Of a stretch of 64,000 nucleotides of DNA, positions 13,151 through 27,332 are shown in pieces. The DNA comes from Trichoplax sp. H2 (lineage: Eukaryota): contig NOWV01000015.1 of assembly GCA_003344405.1 (NCBI GenBank), positions 558,001-622,000 on the forward strand, in the 5' to 3' direction. Numbering within the stretch: the first letter of the stretch is position 1; the number at the start of each line of letters is the position of its first letter. Below the pieces are notes generated by a model, which saw only the letters and a list, made by a program, of their open reading frames with translations, had not been told where the DNA came from and did not search any database. A program made the translations under genes and the position numbers.

Positions 13151-14772
13151 ATGGCAAATCCAAATATCCACGGAGCGATTAATGGAGTCAGCCTAAATTA
13201 TTTAGTCGATTCAATTATTAGTAGTAACAATCAAGACTCACCAGCAGATAGATCGGAAGTCAATCCAACAGAACACTGTTTCAATATTTCATTAGATGCT
13301 GCGAGTTTGCCATCGCAAGGTAGCTCAACTGAGACATCGCCTAGCCATGATGGATTTCAAGCTGGCTCTATGATAACATCGAATTCATCTCAAATGCACG
13401 TGAAATTACTTCGTAATGATATGTGGCATGCTTTTGCAGCTATAGGAACTGAAATGATCATCACTAAAGCAGGACGGTAAGCAATCGTAGTTAATAAGAA
13501 ATATTGATTGAATACAAGAAACTGATTAGTCTGTTTTGAAGTAAATTATTTTACTGTTCATGACAGCGAGTATGTTAGATAAATACTATCACCTATTGTA
13601 TGTCATTGCACGTGTTTTTTTACTGTAGAGAATGCTTAATTTTATTTTTACAGGCGCCTTTTCCCTACTATTGATATCCATACAAGTGGTCTCGATCCGA
13701 ATGGATTTTACTCTATCAAGGTGGACATCGCTGCAGCGGATGACAACCGCTATAAATATGTATCTACAACCGGATGGGTTGCAGCATCAAACGGGAATAG
13801 AGTAAATCATATAGCTGATCAGGTAGTTTTTGGGGAATGTGAACACCCAAACTCTCCAAATTCTGGTAAATTTTGGATGAGTTGCGAAACCATTAGCTTT
13901 AAAAAGCTAAAATTGAGCAACAGCAAAGAACACTACAAGAAAAGCGATTGCGTAAGCAAGCATAAAATGTCATTGCTGCTTTGATCAACTTAACTCATTA
14001 TGTACAGTATGTGTTTACCATAACTATAAATTTTCGAATCCTTACTTAGATTGTACTGAATTCAATGAGAAGATACCAGCCAAGAATTGTGATTAGCAAA
14101 TGGGATCGCGATCATACTGCTCCGGTCGATACAAAAATTATAATCTTTCCAGAAACGAGATTTTATGCGGTCACTTGCTACCAAAATGGCCAGGTAAAAA
14201 TACTTTATTACAGAGTAAAGGTGTAATGTGATGAAAGTAAGTAAAGCACAGAATTTTTTTTATCTTTGTTTAATTCATGTTAGATTACCAATCTGAAAAT
14301 TCGCTATAATCCATTTGCGAAAGCTTTTCGAGATAGTAAGAGATCACAGTTAGGGGCAACAGGTGAATACAGCATCTTTGGTTATCCTCGAAATGCATTC
14401 ATCAACTCGCAATTTCAGCCGTGTGTTCAATACCCAGTGTATGGGTATTATCCTAACTGTGTTAATCCAAGCCAATTGCCTACTGAACGTGGTAATAATA
14501 GAGCACTTCGAAATGAAAGACCCAATACTTTCCGACCTGATAGTGCGATTGCCACCTACTCAAGCCGAAATATGCAAAGTACATCCATGCAAGGCTATCT
14601 TGTCTCTCCATTGGCACCTGCTCTTCCATATAATAATTCTTCTAGCACTTCGCTGTGTCAGCCAGATATTGCTAGCGGTAGATATCCCTCATTAATACCG
14701 TCATTTGAAAGCCACCATCAACTTCCGCCGCCGCCGGCGTATCGTGAATGGCCATCAACACCATTTATGTGA
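13151..14772 (+). CDS. T-box transcription factor (divergent, subfamily unresolved)
   Basis: Exons 13151-13476, 13654-13951, 14050-14193 and 14284-14772. Motifs: MWHAFAAIGTEMIITKAGRRLFP, GLDPNGFYSI, DDNRYKY, HPNSPNSGKFWM, ISFKKLKLSN, IVLNSMRRYQPRI, FPETRFYAVTCYQN, ITNLKIRYNPFAKAFRD. Pro/Ser-rich tail. Confidence 0.95.
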
Positions 14773-16893
14773 TCGTGTGTAGATCAATGTTTATATTTTT
14801 GCTATTCGCCTCTATATGATCTGTAGTTCTATATTAGATCATATCTTGAATATCATGCTAATGTCGTTATCATAATTAAAGGTTCTCTTGTATAAGTAAC
14901 GCTTAAATTTCTAGAAATGATACAAATATGAATAGCAAATTTGTTATCTTTATTTAAAGTTGAAAATTTTGGCGCTAGGAAGTAAATGAGCCTTTCAAAT
15001 TAATGGCTCGTTTTAAATAAAAATATTTCGATAGAATATAGAGCTAAAACTTCATATGGACTGAAATATAATAAACAGATACAGATGTCAGGATATAATT
15101 TATTGATCAATCGATTTCCATTTCTGTTAAACTTAACCGTTATTATCATCCTTATCGCTGATATATTATTAGCTAAGTATAATAGCCACTACTATTTCCA
15201 ACTACAATTGATAGCATTTAATGTCTCTCATTGCTAAGAGTCAAAGCAGTGCTTCTGAATTTGTTAGTTAGTAATAGCTCATACTGAAGGTAATCTATCT
15301 GACGAAAATGACATTAAAATGTTAGATAGTATCGTACGGTAAATAAATAAAACCGACCGTTAGCTTGATCTAGCAATTTAGTAAAATTTTATATAAAATG
15401 TATGAGTTCTGAATTCTTCAATCACATCAGCAACCGAAGCATGAAGAGCACTTTCAATGATATGTTACTATATATATATATATATATAGTATAACGTATG
15501 CATATATGTACGGGTGCGTGTAATCGAGCTCACTTGTGAAATAAACTGCAGAAAGGCGGCGCACTAATATCAAAATTTGAACTCAAATCTGTTAACTTAA
15601 TACCTTAATACCAAAGTATATGAGTACTACTATACTACAAAAGTCAATGCTAAAATACAGTACACGGCTACCCAGAGGCGTGATTATTTGTTTACGATAG
15701 TCGTAGGCCAATTTGGAACCTGGCAATGACATCATCAAAGTACCTCATGACGTCGTATTGTAGGATATTAATTAATTAATGCAGAGATGTAAATAGTTCG
15801 ATGTCTTAGCAGCAGATAGCTTACTATAGCTTTGGCTGCCGTATGAGGCAATGTACTATGCAGTCTATTGCAGTTAAAAGTTAATTTGTTAATGTCATAC
15901 AATAGCAGATCATGCACTTTACAACAATCACAAAGTAGAATAATGACTATGGGAACAAATGGTGAATGATACATACCGTCACCGAATGATACAAACCATC
16001 TTGCACTTATTAGAAAACAATTTGTAGGGATTTACTAAGTTATTCCCGTTGTTATAATCAGGAAATTCATTTCTTAATAGGAGAATTTGAATTGAATAGG
16101 TGGTCGGCATCGTATCGATTGATATTCTTTTTATTACTCCACGAAATTACAATATAAAAACAAAATTGCTCTTTGACCAACACGGAATATTATTCAATCC
16201 ATCCAGTTATCCTATCAGGTAATTAATCTACAAATTATTCATTGCGCTTGTACAGTATAGTAGATAGTATATCATATGCTGTCTATATCGTCAGCAGTAA
16301 TGAGTTATTATTGTTATTACAAGTTTGCAACTGTCACTGATCAAGGCTTAATGAACTGGCGCCTATTGCAGGGCACTATCTATTAGCCTCTTTCGTAAGC
16401 TTAGCGGTACTTTAATCTTTTCAGGATAATGTGGCGATATTAAGCACCTAACAAAGTCTTGCTCTATCAGTTATATGATTGAATTATCACTTAAAACGGT
16501 TATCCAGAGTTCATTTCGTGTAAGTATTTATACGGTATGCAAGCTCTTTATTCATTCTTGGTCGTATTGCATCGATGAAATAACTAAGATAAATGTCAGA
16601 AACGATCATTCCACCTAGTTAACGATGTTTTTGTACTATTTCTAGTGTGATTAATTATCAACCAGCTCGATTCCTTACTTGAATAAAGTAAAATCTTACC
16701 AAACGCCAAGCGTTATAGCTAGATCGATTTCATTTAGTAAGTAAGGTTCGTTTGCATGTATACAATAACGAATGGTAGGATAGATAACGGAGAAAATTGC
16801 AGATAATATTGTTATAGATTTGTTGCTGATTTCCAATGGCAATGTATTACCTTATCTTTGATAGGATAATTAGACACCTTGTATTTATTGGAA

Positions 16894-19800
16894 ATGATGA
16901 AGGGAAGTGTCGATGGAGTACAGGAAAATATCAATGAGCCGAAACAACCGGATGCCAAACTTGCATCAAAAACATTGCATGTACTCTTTTTGTCCTTACT
17001 AATCGATTTAATCGCCTTTTCCTCCATTTTGCCTCTAATGCCAGTCATTCTGGAACATTATCGGGACACTGATTCGGTAAATTGAATTACTGTTCATGTA
17101 TAGTGTTTTAATTATACCCGTTATGTTCAGCAGTTTTAATACGCAAGATTGATCGAAAGAAGTTCTTATTTTTATTAGTAACTTCAACTTCAAAATAATT
17201 ACATTCTGCAGTAGAGATGTGCTTATTAATACTACTAAATGAAAAGTTATTACAATAATAAATCGAATAAGATTTACAGCTCTAATTCTACGTGCATAAT
17301 ACAGTACTTCCGAATATAAATTGATTGTCCAAGTGAACCACTTTTATAATCTTGCAAAATCTTGAAGGAACGATTTATTGTAGTATGTTTTGTGCTTGAC
17401 AGATTATAAATCGTGACTTTTTTGATAATACAGTAGCAGTGATTAACTTCTAGACATTACCGTAGACGTTTAAGGATATGGGTTTGTTTAAGCTTTTCTT
17501 AGCTTGGAGTAGTAAATGCGTTGTCAGAAAGCTAAAAAATCAGCAGCAAATGGTGAAACAACGTGTTAGCAATGTTGTATTAATCTTAACATTTTCAAGT
17601 TAACTTTATTATTAGTTCCCTGTTTACCTAAAAGCAAATGTAACAAGTGCGCGTAGAGTCACACAAGTTCCTCACAGTAAACAATAATTTCACTAGTATA
17701 ATAACTGAACTACGAAGTGACTCTATATCACCAACATTAAAATCATCGACCGAAAATTAATCGTTATTATCAAACTTTAAGATGAATTAAAATTGACTAA
17801 GCAATATACGAAAGGATAGTTATAATTAAGGATACAATTACAACTTTTTCTCGTATTTTCAATATTCAGTACGATACTATTTCGTTTAGAATCAGTAGCA
17901 GCGATAAAAAAGTTTTAATGCGGTGCCTTTATCCATAATGAACTATGTGGCGTATGTATTTAATTCTAACTAACCATTATTTATGATTGATCATCAATAC
18001 AGAAGGATGGGCTTTATCATACAATTCAACGTCATATCCAATATTTTGCGACATCGATCCATGCACCAGGAACAACGCGCTATAATACAGTTTTCTTTGG
18101 AGGTAATTTCTTAAAACTACATTCTCACATGAAAAAACACTTGAATTACTTCCAACCTAATTACAATGCAATGCTAGGTCTTATGAACCTCATATAAAAT
18201 ACATGTGTATCTTGCATAAATAAACGAATTCTAACAAGTACAGTAGTGATTTTCTTTAGCTTATGACTATTATAGCTTTTGCAAGGCTATACTGTTTTTT
18301 ACGTCTATGATATGCTTTTCCGATGTTATATTTTAAGATACAATAATACCGTTACTTGTAAGTTTTTATTTCGTAAATATGTTATCATCATCACTGGAGC
18401 TACAGACCGAGGTAGATCCATCGACGTTCATTAAATAATGATGAACACTTCATTATTCCTGAGGAAGAACTAGTAATATCAAGTTTAATCGTCGTTTTTG
18501 ACATTTACAGTACATTATTATCGAGTTCAAATAGTCCACAACTTTCATACGCATAGGCTGTACCGTTGCTCTATTAAATTATGATAGATAGTAAGCAGAA
18601 CTACAGTGAATTATATACCATTAGCTTCAAGAATGTAACTCACTTACCGTATTCATGGAGCTCATTTATATAGCATGTCATAAAACAAAGTACTGCTATA
18701 ATATTAATTCTGATATATTCATAATTTATTGATATTCACTTAATTTTTAGGCGCTCTTGGCTCAATGTATTGCTTTCTACAATTTTTGATGGGGCCTTTC
18801 TTTGGTGCATGTTCGGATAGTTATGGCAGGCGTCCCTTAATTCTCATATCAATGGTATGTATAGCCTCTAAATACCAAGCAATCATCATACATGTTATCG
18901 TCTTCATGTTCATAATCCCATTTTAGAAGTCTTATCGACACCTTACAGTCAATACCGTCAATACACTCAACATATCAAATTTTTTTCTGTCTTTATATTA
19001 GATTGGAATATCAATGTCTTATGCCGTTTGGGCCTTTTCGGGTAGTTTTATCTTGTTTGTGCTGTCGCGTGCCATTGGTGGTATAAGCCGAGCTAATGTC
19101 AGTTTATGGACTGCAGTTGTCTCCGATGTTACCGAAGAAAAGAAAAGGAATAAAGGAATGGTGAGAGTAACATAGTGCTTACCACAACACTTAGAATTAA
19201 CATGGCTTATGCTTTACGTAATCAAATTTGCATTCAATAAAAAGAAATGGCTATAAAGTTAATTGCTATTCAGTGATCAATCAAAGTCTCAGTGGGCTCT
19301 TTCTTGTAGGCTTTAATTGGTATTGCTTTCTCTGTTGGATTCGTCCTTGGACCAATGTTGGGTGCGTTCATGTCCAAGAGAGATTTCTTTGAAAGTGGTT
19401 TTGTTCATTTCCAACCTGCTATAACAGCTTTAACGATATCTTTGGTCAATTTACTGTTTGTATATTATACGTTACCTGAAACTCACCAGCCCGGAAAAAG
19501 CGTGAGTTAACGTTAAAATTCATTTTAGGACTTGGATCACATTAGTGTTAGGGATGATAAATTAATATGCAACATTCTTTGCTATTTATTCACAGCCAGG
19601 CACAAGTAAAGAGATAGTCAATAAAGCCTTACGTCTTATAAATCCTTTACATTTATTCTCCTTCCGAACGACTGGTGTTTCTGACAAAGAATGTAAGCGT
19701 AAATATATTTCGTTACATGCTTGTATCTTCTATTAGTGCTATGAACGAACTTATGCTGTCGAAATCTTTTTAGTATGCTGAATGTACATATGTTGCATAA

Positions 19801-21159
19801 AGATTTATTAGCAAATTATATGATTTTAGACGACGAGAAGCTTCAAAAATTGAGCTTGGTCTATTTTTTGTATTTGCTACTGTTCTCTGGTGTGGAATTT
19901 ACCTTGAGTTTCCTTACTCGTGAAAGATATCAGTATACTAGGTACTCAAGATGCGTTACGTACTCATAGGCTAATAATTTTTAAATCTTGGCAAGACGAA
20001 TATTGTATTCAGTATTTACTGACCAAATTGATGGTTTAACTACGTGTTCATTGTAATAAAATGTACATCTATTTTGATATATCCTCACAGTATGCAACAA
20101 GGCTTAATGTACTTCTATATTGGTTCGATCATGATAGTGATACAAGGTGAGTATTGGGTGATACCCAGTAATTTCTGGTAATAGCAAGACTATTATCTCA
20201 TCTGTGTTAAACTTGCATTTTGATCCCAAGATATTTCCATTAATTGCTCTTACTGTAATCCTAGAAATTGCTAACGCTCGAATTATACGTATACATATAT
20301 ATATGTTATTTATTATGTATTATTTATAAAGGTGGATATTTTCGAAGACTGCCTGCAGGAAGCGAAATCAAATGCGCTCTGCAAGTAAGTCTATATTGAC
20401 TTTGATTAGAGATGATAGTAAGTTACTGTACGAAGATTGAATGGCTATATTGACTTGCTGAGATAAAAATAATTTTATAGTTTTTAAATGAGCATATGGC
20501 ATTTTACAGGGCCTGACTGCAGTTGCCATTTCTACCTTGATGATGGCTATGTTTACTGACCAACACACTTATTATGCAGCTCTGGGACTTTATTCATTTG
20601 GTAAAATTCTATTACTTTTAAGCTTCTATTTGTGATATCTCAATTGCGTCTCTACCTGTCTATTAGTGTTACTAATATTATTTATTATTCCTTTTATTAT
20701 AGGTTCTGCAACGGTTGTCCCTTCGTTAACTTCTGTGGTCTCCCATTATGGTATAAATCAAAGATACTTTAGGATTACATCGGATGTTGAATATGTCATT
20801 TCCGCCTTGTATCGTAATGATATCTCTGTTTATCGTAGGAAGTGCCGAACATAAAGGAAAATTGATCGGCATATTTCGCTCTATTGGAGCATTAGCACGT
20901 AGTTTTGGACCTTTTCTGGCATGTTCAGGTAAACGGCGAGAAATTTAATTCATTCCGTGTTTTCAGATCTTACCTTAAATTATGTAGAGGTCGATTCTAT
21001 AATTGGTTGATTTCTTCGAATTCTTCCATTCTTATAGCTTTCTGGACCCATGGCACCTTGTGTTATTACATGTCTGCAGTACTACTAATAATTCCACTAG
21101 TTATCTTAATGAGAGTTAGACATACCGGTACTGGTCTTAAAAATGTCAAGAAGGAATAA
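16894..21159 (+). CDS. MFSD10: Major facilitator superfamily transporter, MFSD10/TETRAN-like, ~13 exons
   Basis: FLSLLIDLIAFSSILPLMP, NTVFFGGALGSMYCFLQF, motif A GACSDSYGRRP, RAIGGISRANVS, GMALIGIAFSVGFVLGPMLG, LPET, FSGVEFTLSFL, VVPSLTS, GIFRSIGALARSFGP. Exons approx 16894-17076, 18003-18102, 18751-18854, 19002-19160, 19310-19501 ... 21039-21159. Confidence 0.88.
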
Positions 21160-22292
21160 GCGATTGCTTTTATCAGCAATTATGAATATTTCTATAATAA
21201 TACCGGTATTTGTATTTAATCGAAAATGATAAATATTTTTTGATTAGTTATTTTAATTACATTAAAATAGAATGGCTTTTTTCTAAATCCTATTTTAATT
21301 ATAGGTAAGATAGGTAGTTAATATTTTCGATGAATTTTGCCGCCGTGTCCAAATTTAATCTGAAATGATTGAGATATAAAGTAAAACGGTGTAAATGGAA
21401 AACCTAAACCTAGTGTGGCGGCATTCGTAACGTTCCACAAAATTTCGCTATTTTTATATGTACAGCTATGGGACACTTTTGTGGATCGATATCTCAGAGT
21501 ACTGTACTTTAGAGTATAATTATAAAGCTGAACATATTCTTTGAATCGACGTAAATTATAATTATCTATTGACATGAAACATTGAATATAAGTAATAAAA
21601 CACTTTTGCAACATTATTTCGCGATAAATGTATTTAAGATAAATGGAATTTATTTCTTAGTTGAGACAATAAATGTTGACGTATAGCGAGTGTATATAAC
21701 TCCATGACAATTACAAGAAAATAACGCTATGTTAGCACTTGATTTTGACATACGCAGTCCATATTATCGTCGACATTTACTTGCAGTATAACAGAAATTT
21801 GAATCGATTATTCATACGTACTGTATTTACAAAGATTAGACTAAAACAGCAATTTAGAGAATTTGCCTATATGCCTGCATATAGACCATTCTACGTGCCT
21901 ATAATATGTGTATTTATACCATAAGCAGTTTAGCCTATACAATTTCTTAAGACAGCCATAGACAGTCAGAATCGTACCAGTACAGTTAAAATTAGAGTTC
22001 CACTAAGAACACTTTTCCAGGCCCATCATATCATAGAAGTTAGAGAGGCCATTACAGCACCCGACTATCTATATCATAGCTATAAAATTTCATTGACAAA
22101 TTTATATACGGTTAAATCAATTGATATGTACTTACAGCATACCTACTCTATCCTTACAATAATCTAACATACATTATACATTAGTAATCGTCTTTCCCTA
22201 ATCATATGAGAAGCAATTAATGTTGTTACTATAACTTTCTCGCATATATATATATAGATGTATTTACATCTGATTTTAAAGCAACTCATTTC

Positions 22293-25184
22293 TTAGTAGT
22301 AAGGATTCCAATTGCTACCATCACTTGGCATGAGATCACCAGTAATTAGGAGAATTATATCAACAATCCACCAAATCCCTAAACCACCAATCGTCAACAG
22401 TTTGCCAAAGGCAGTACCAGTATGGCCTAGACAAAAGCGATCAATACCAAAAAAGCCTAACAGAAGGGAATAAAGTAACGTAGAGGGGAAAAAATGGCCG
22501 GTATACCTACAAATTGTAATTCCAATGATGTTAACTTAATTGGCTGCTTAATATGATCGTAATCAATATACTAATGTAATTTATAGTAACTGATTTCTAT
22601 AAATTTATAAGCGTAGCAGTGGCAAAGACAAGCTAATGTACTCCTTGAAGTTAAGGTTGATACGAACTTAATGCAAGGAATATTCGGCTTAAAAAAAGTT
22701 CTATTCCCAAAGCAATCAATACCAGTGAGTACATGGCAGACTACTGATGTAATTTCCACTTCTTCATAACGTGTTCCACCAAACTGGAGGTTTAAGATAA
22801 ATGTAACGATTTCAGATAAATCAATGTTGATTAAATTTTGCATTAGGCACAGTCTAAGTAGTGGACATTTAATCCTACCAAACAGTCAAGTTTTTCCAAA
22901 CAATTATTCGTTGTAAAGGTGAAGCGATGAACAGTACCGTAATAAACAGATTAAACACATTGCTTATCCAATACTACTTCATACTATAGGTTATCACATA
23001 TTCGCAGGTAGCTAATTGCTATACGACAGTAAGCGATGAAAAGTAAGAGTTATTATACCTTCTTAGCTTAAGAAAGCAAATAGCATGACAGATCATCAAG
23101 TGATTAGAATATTTATCGAATATCAAGACTATGGAAACGGTAGTTGTTTCTATCTTCGTTCCATAACGTATAAAACTGCTCCTGTGGTCATTTATAATTT
23201 GTCGACGCATACTAGAATCTGAATTATTAATAGAGATGAATAATTCGGGTTTGGAAGAGATTATTAGATGCGAATGTGTGTTACCGTTCACACTATCGCT
23301 GATATGTATTTAGTCCAAGTAGTAAATTTGCAGAGAAATATACTCTAATTTCGCTGCAGCGACCATCAGCAGTAATATGAGTGATGCTCACTCTAAAGAG
23401 TTATTTGGAGCACTGCCATTGAATAAACTACAACTCATTGTACAAAGCATTTGACAAGTAGGAAATGAACTAGTGTCATGGGATTTCCATTGAAATTTTA
23501 CATTACCTTTATGCATCCATAGCCCAAAGCTTGTTTAGCCGAATAATTTCCTTTCAAGTCTACAGGAGGATCACACCGGATGAAATCGTCAGACCTGGAA
23601 TAGGAATTAATTAAGACCTTACATCCTTAATGCAAGCAGTTCCGTTAATCTCATGCTGTTTTTATTTTGACACTATCTTTATTGCAGGTTAGATTATACA
23701 TTAAGCCACTGATAGCAAGGAAATTTCAACTTAATACAGTAGTACGAAAGAATTAAATGCCTTGATCTACAGTACTATAACCTCATGTCAAACCGTCACA
23801 GAAGATTAACACTCATGTTCTAGATTAATAATAAAAATTGACCATAGTCAACAGCATGGTAGAAAATTCTCATAAGGCATTCTATATCTTTATATCTGTA
23901 CTAAAGACTGTACAATGCAAGATAATATCAAGTATGAGCGCAATTGATATGACAAATTTCGTATTACTGAATTTACTGGCATATGTGAGTTAGTACGTTA
24001 AAATGAACTAGTTTAATGTATCATTTTCTCAAGTTTGATGAATAGGTCTCTAGCAATTGAGGATAACTCCTATCATAGAGTTATTTCTAGTATTGGTTAA
24101 GAGTGATACCATAGTCATTAGTTATACACCATTCTAGCGTTTGCCATGAAAACATCTATCAATATTAGGGAATCTCTAATAGTAAACAACATCATCAATG
24201 ACTGAACTATCATTCTACCCTTGCTATAGCTATTTCAGCGAACATCTAATGTTGACTAAGAGCGAGAATCCTATATAATATTCGTATTGCATACGATTTA
24301 AGAGCGATATCATGGGTACAGACTATTCCATCCTCGGCTGTAAAAACAGTCATCAATATTGTAGTAAAGCTAACAGTAGACAACGTGGTAAATGACTGGG
24401 CTATTATTCTAATATTGTCCGAGCTAATTCAGCGAACATGTAGTGCTGACTAAGAGTGGCATGGTAGTCTTTTAGACTATTCTGTCTTTGGTTCTGAAAT
24501 TCACAGCTATCGGGATAAAACCGGAAAGTACAGTATTGTAAATAATGTCAGAAAATGACTTAACTTTCGTCATACGCGTATCATAGAGCTATTCCAGCGT
24601 ATGAATAGCGCTCAGTAATCTTATCATAATCATCACTATTGGAGTATATCTGATAGTAAGTAGCGTTGCCTATAACTTGGCTGTATTAACGTACGGCTAT
24701 GTGTTCACATTTGGCTTAACGATGCAACCAATATTTATTCTTACGATGAATGCTGTCCGTGAGGGTTGTGGCCAACTTGTGGGTATCATTTATCGGACAA
24801 AATCATCATCGAATAACATCGAAATGTCAAAGTGCAATCCAATCGTATAAAACGCCTTATTGAACGACTGCAAGCATGATCATGATAAGCACTCACGGGC
24901 TTTCCATAATAACAGTGCTTTGGCAGAAGAGAGCAGAGCATAGGTAGTCCTAAATCATAAGTCATGTCGCTAGGCAGTTTTTCAAACTGTTCACTCATAG
25001 CGATGTCAACACTGTACTGAGTACAAGCAATAAGAAAGGCAAAACGATCAACAACTTACAATAAAGAACAATTTACTAATGGTCCATTAGGATCGTTACT
25101 ACAATCTTCTCCACCACATTCAGAACAGTAACCAAAACTGATCACCATTGCAATTAGTGCTATTGCAAGTATAATCTTCATCAT
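22293..25184 (-). CDS. TM2D2: TM2 domain-containing protein 2, 4 exons
   Basis: Exons approx 25060-25184 (signal peptide, [10 protein letters not shown]), 23507-23594 ([21 protein letters not shown]), 22668-22784 ([28 protein letters not shown]) and 22293-22506 ([57 protein letters not shown]). Confidence 0.93.
24050..24700. repeat. Degenerate tandem repeat, period ~194 bp, in TM2D2 intron 1
   Basis: 'atcaatatt..ctaa(t/c)agta(a/g)acaac..aatgactg..agcta(t/a)ttcagcgaacat..tgactaagag' occurs at ~24158 and ~24352, with partial copies on both sides. Confidence 0.7.
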
Positions 25185-25937
25185 CTAGTGAGTAAAATAA
25201 GCCGCCTTCTTCCTTGACGCAAGATGATTTGTTTGATTTGGCTGACTGCCTCCACTATAAAGTGTCGAGTATAAAGTGCTCAAAGCATAGAAAGTCACTA
25301 ATTTTACAAATGGGATGGATGGCACTACGGATGGTATGGATGGATGCTCTTTATTTATTTATACAGTACTATAGTAGCTGGTCGACAACGCTGGTGGCTG
25401 CGATGCTATACTGTAGTAACAACTGTGGACTCGTTCATGGTAACCTATGGTCACATGATGATGTATCCCATGGATGACAATCCTAGCAATGTTTTGGGAA
25501 TCAGCCACTTCTCAAAGTATTATTTCAGTCTTATGAATGGATTAGCTTTATTTATAACATCCTATGCAACAGAAAATGGTGCTTCCAATGATCTATTTTT
25601 CACCTTTTAAAGTCTACGTTACAAATATTAAAAATCGATGATTCTTGTCGTAACGAAATGAATGAAATTGATCGGACGGGTTCTATACTGGAATATGGTG
25701 TGGCTCGAGCAACACTTCTTGTCATTTAAATTACAAATGGATATCAAAATAGAGTTAACTTCGCGGTTGCCGCGAATATCTTGAATACAAATTTAGAGCA
25801 GTTACGATTATAAACTAAACTTACTCTATTACTATTCGCCTTTCTTCCACTGCATGAGAGGATTCAAATAAAAGACATCATGCACGGTGATAGGGGGTTT
25901 CGTATTATACTGTATACAAACCCATGCAAGTCCATAA

Positions 25938-26190
25938 GCAATCATGGAAAATCCACCGCTCAGTATAAAGCTACGCCACCGTCCAGGATACAGCTGATGA
26001 AGACAGTGCAACAAAGTATATAGTACAGCAGTACTTGGCGGAATATCAATACGATGGGATAGGCAATCATACAAAAGTCCGTCATACAGTATAAAGCTAA
26101 TCCATCGTCCAGGATACAGCCGATGAAGCAGTGTGACAAAGCATATAGTACTCCAGTACTTGACAGAATATTAATACGATGGGATGGAAT
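25938..26190. repeat. Two-copy 126-bp degenerate tandem repeat
   Basis: 'cagtataaagcta..cca(c/t)cgtccaggatacagc(t/c)gatgaag..atatagtac..cagtacttg..gaatat.aatacgatgggat' starts at 25961 and 26087. Confidence 0.85.
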
Positions 26191-27332
26191 AAAAACAGCA
26201 TATTTTGCAGGAGTCTGTAGTGCACTAGTGGGCGAGTGAGCATAGAAAACCCGTGCCTTCTTGCATGAAACGGGAAATGAAAGTAGTATCGCTGAAACGT
26301 TGGATAAGAGCAAAACTATTATGTGAAGCGGTATACTTCTAGTAGACGGTACACTTTTGCAAGTAACTGATAATACCTCTTTCAGGTAAACTATCAGTAG
26401 CATGCTTGCGATAGAATATTTGGATCAATTTGATCCGAATATTTCTTATTCTTCTCTTCTTATTACTGTAATGGTGTTACAGCTAGCTACAGTTATACAG
26501 TAGCAAGTGTATTAACACATGGCGATAAATAAGCCATAAAAAAGGAACAGAAAGAGTTCATTTCATTATTGCATGCTATATCTAAAAATTAATAGCAATT
26601 CGTGTACGAGTAAAGTGCTGAATCAGCATGAGCTTGTTACCATAAATAAATCGTCAACATACTAACGAATCATTATCCAATGGCAGTCAGCCGATAAGTT
26701 AATAAAGCTCATAAAACCAATTTTTATTCCATGACGAAACGGTGATACCGTTTAGACATTTTGTATAGCAGAAAAAGGTTTTCATTATGGAGGAGTTTAG
26801 TTCGTCAAGATGAACTATTAACGATTGTGTCGATGAAAAGTACGACATAACCTATGGCCGGTAACAAGTGCAAGATGTCCATATAAAACTAACGATATGA
26901 TCATATAGATCATAATCAATCAGTCAAGTATCACATCTTACTGAACTGTACATAAAACAACAGTTTATATATAAATAACTAGAAACACGAGGCAGCCAGA
27001 CGAAATACTAAAATCATCTGGTGAGAGCATAAATAAAGCAAATACTCTCCAAATCGGTAATCCTTCGTTATGTTACATTACATTTATAACTTTACAATAG
27101 ACTGCAAACGTATTGCATAGATAAACACAAATCAAGTGTATATATATACATATATATACATACAGTATACAGGAAGGTAGTTTTTTCGTATAACTTCTAG
27201 AATTAGTTATTAAAAACTTGAAGCTGATACAATTTCTGATTGCCATCCTACTAAAAACGAAACATCCTAGAATAAATTCTGCAAGTGTCAAATTCTTCAT
27301 AACTTCGTCACTCGGGAATTGAACACCGTTGC

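Noticed and set aside
14363-14695. 110-aa ORF overlapping the last T-box exon
   Set aside because: It is out of frame with the spliced T-box CDS, which runs in the 14284-14772 frame.
25832-26403. Minus-strand ORFs of 80 and 147 aa
   Set aside because: They overlap the 126-bp repeat and show no recognisable domain or splice structure.
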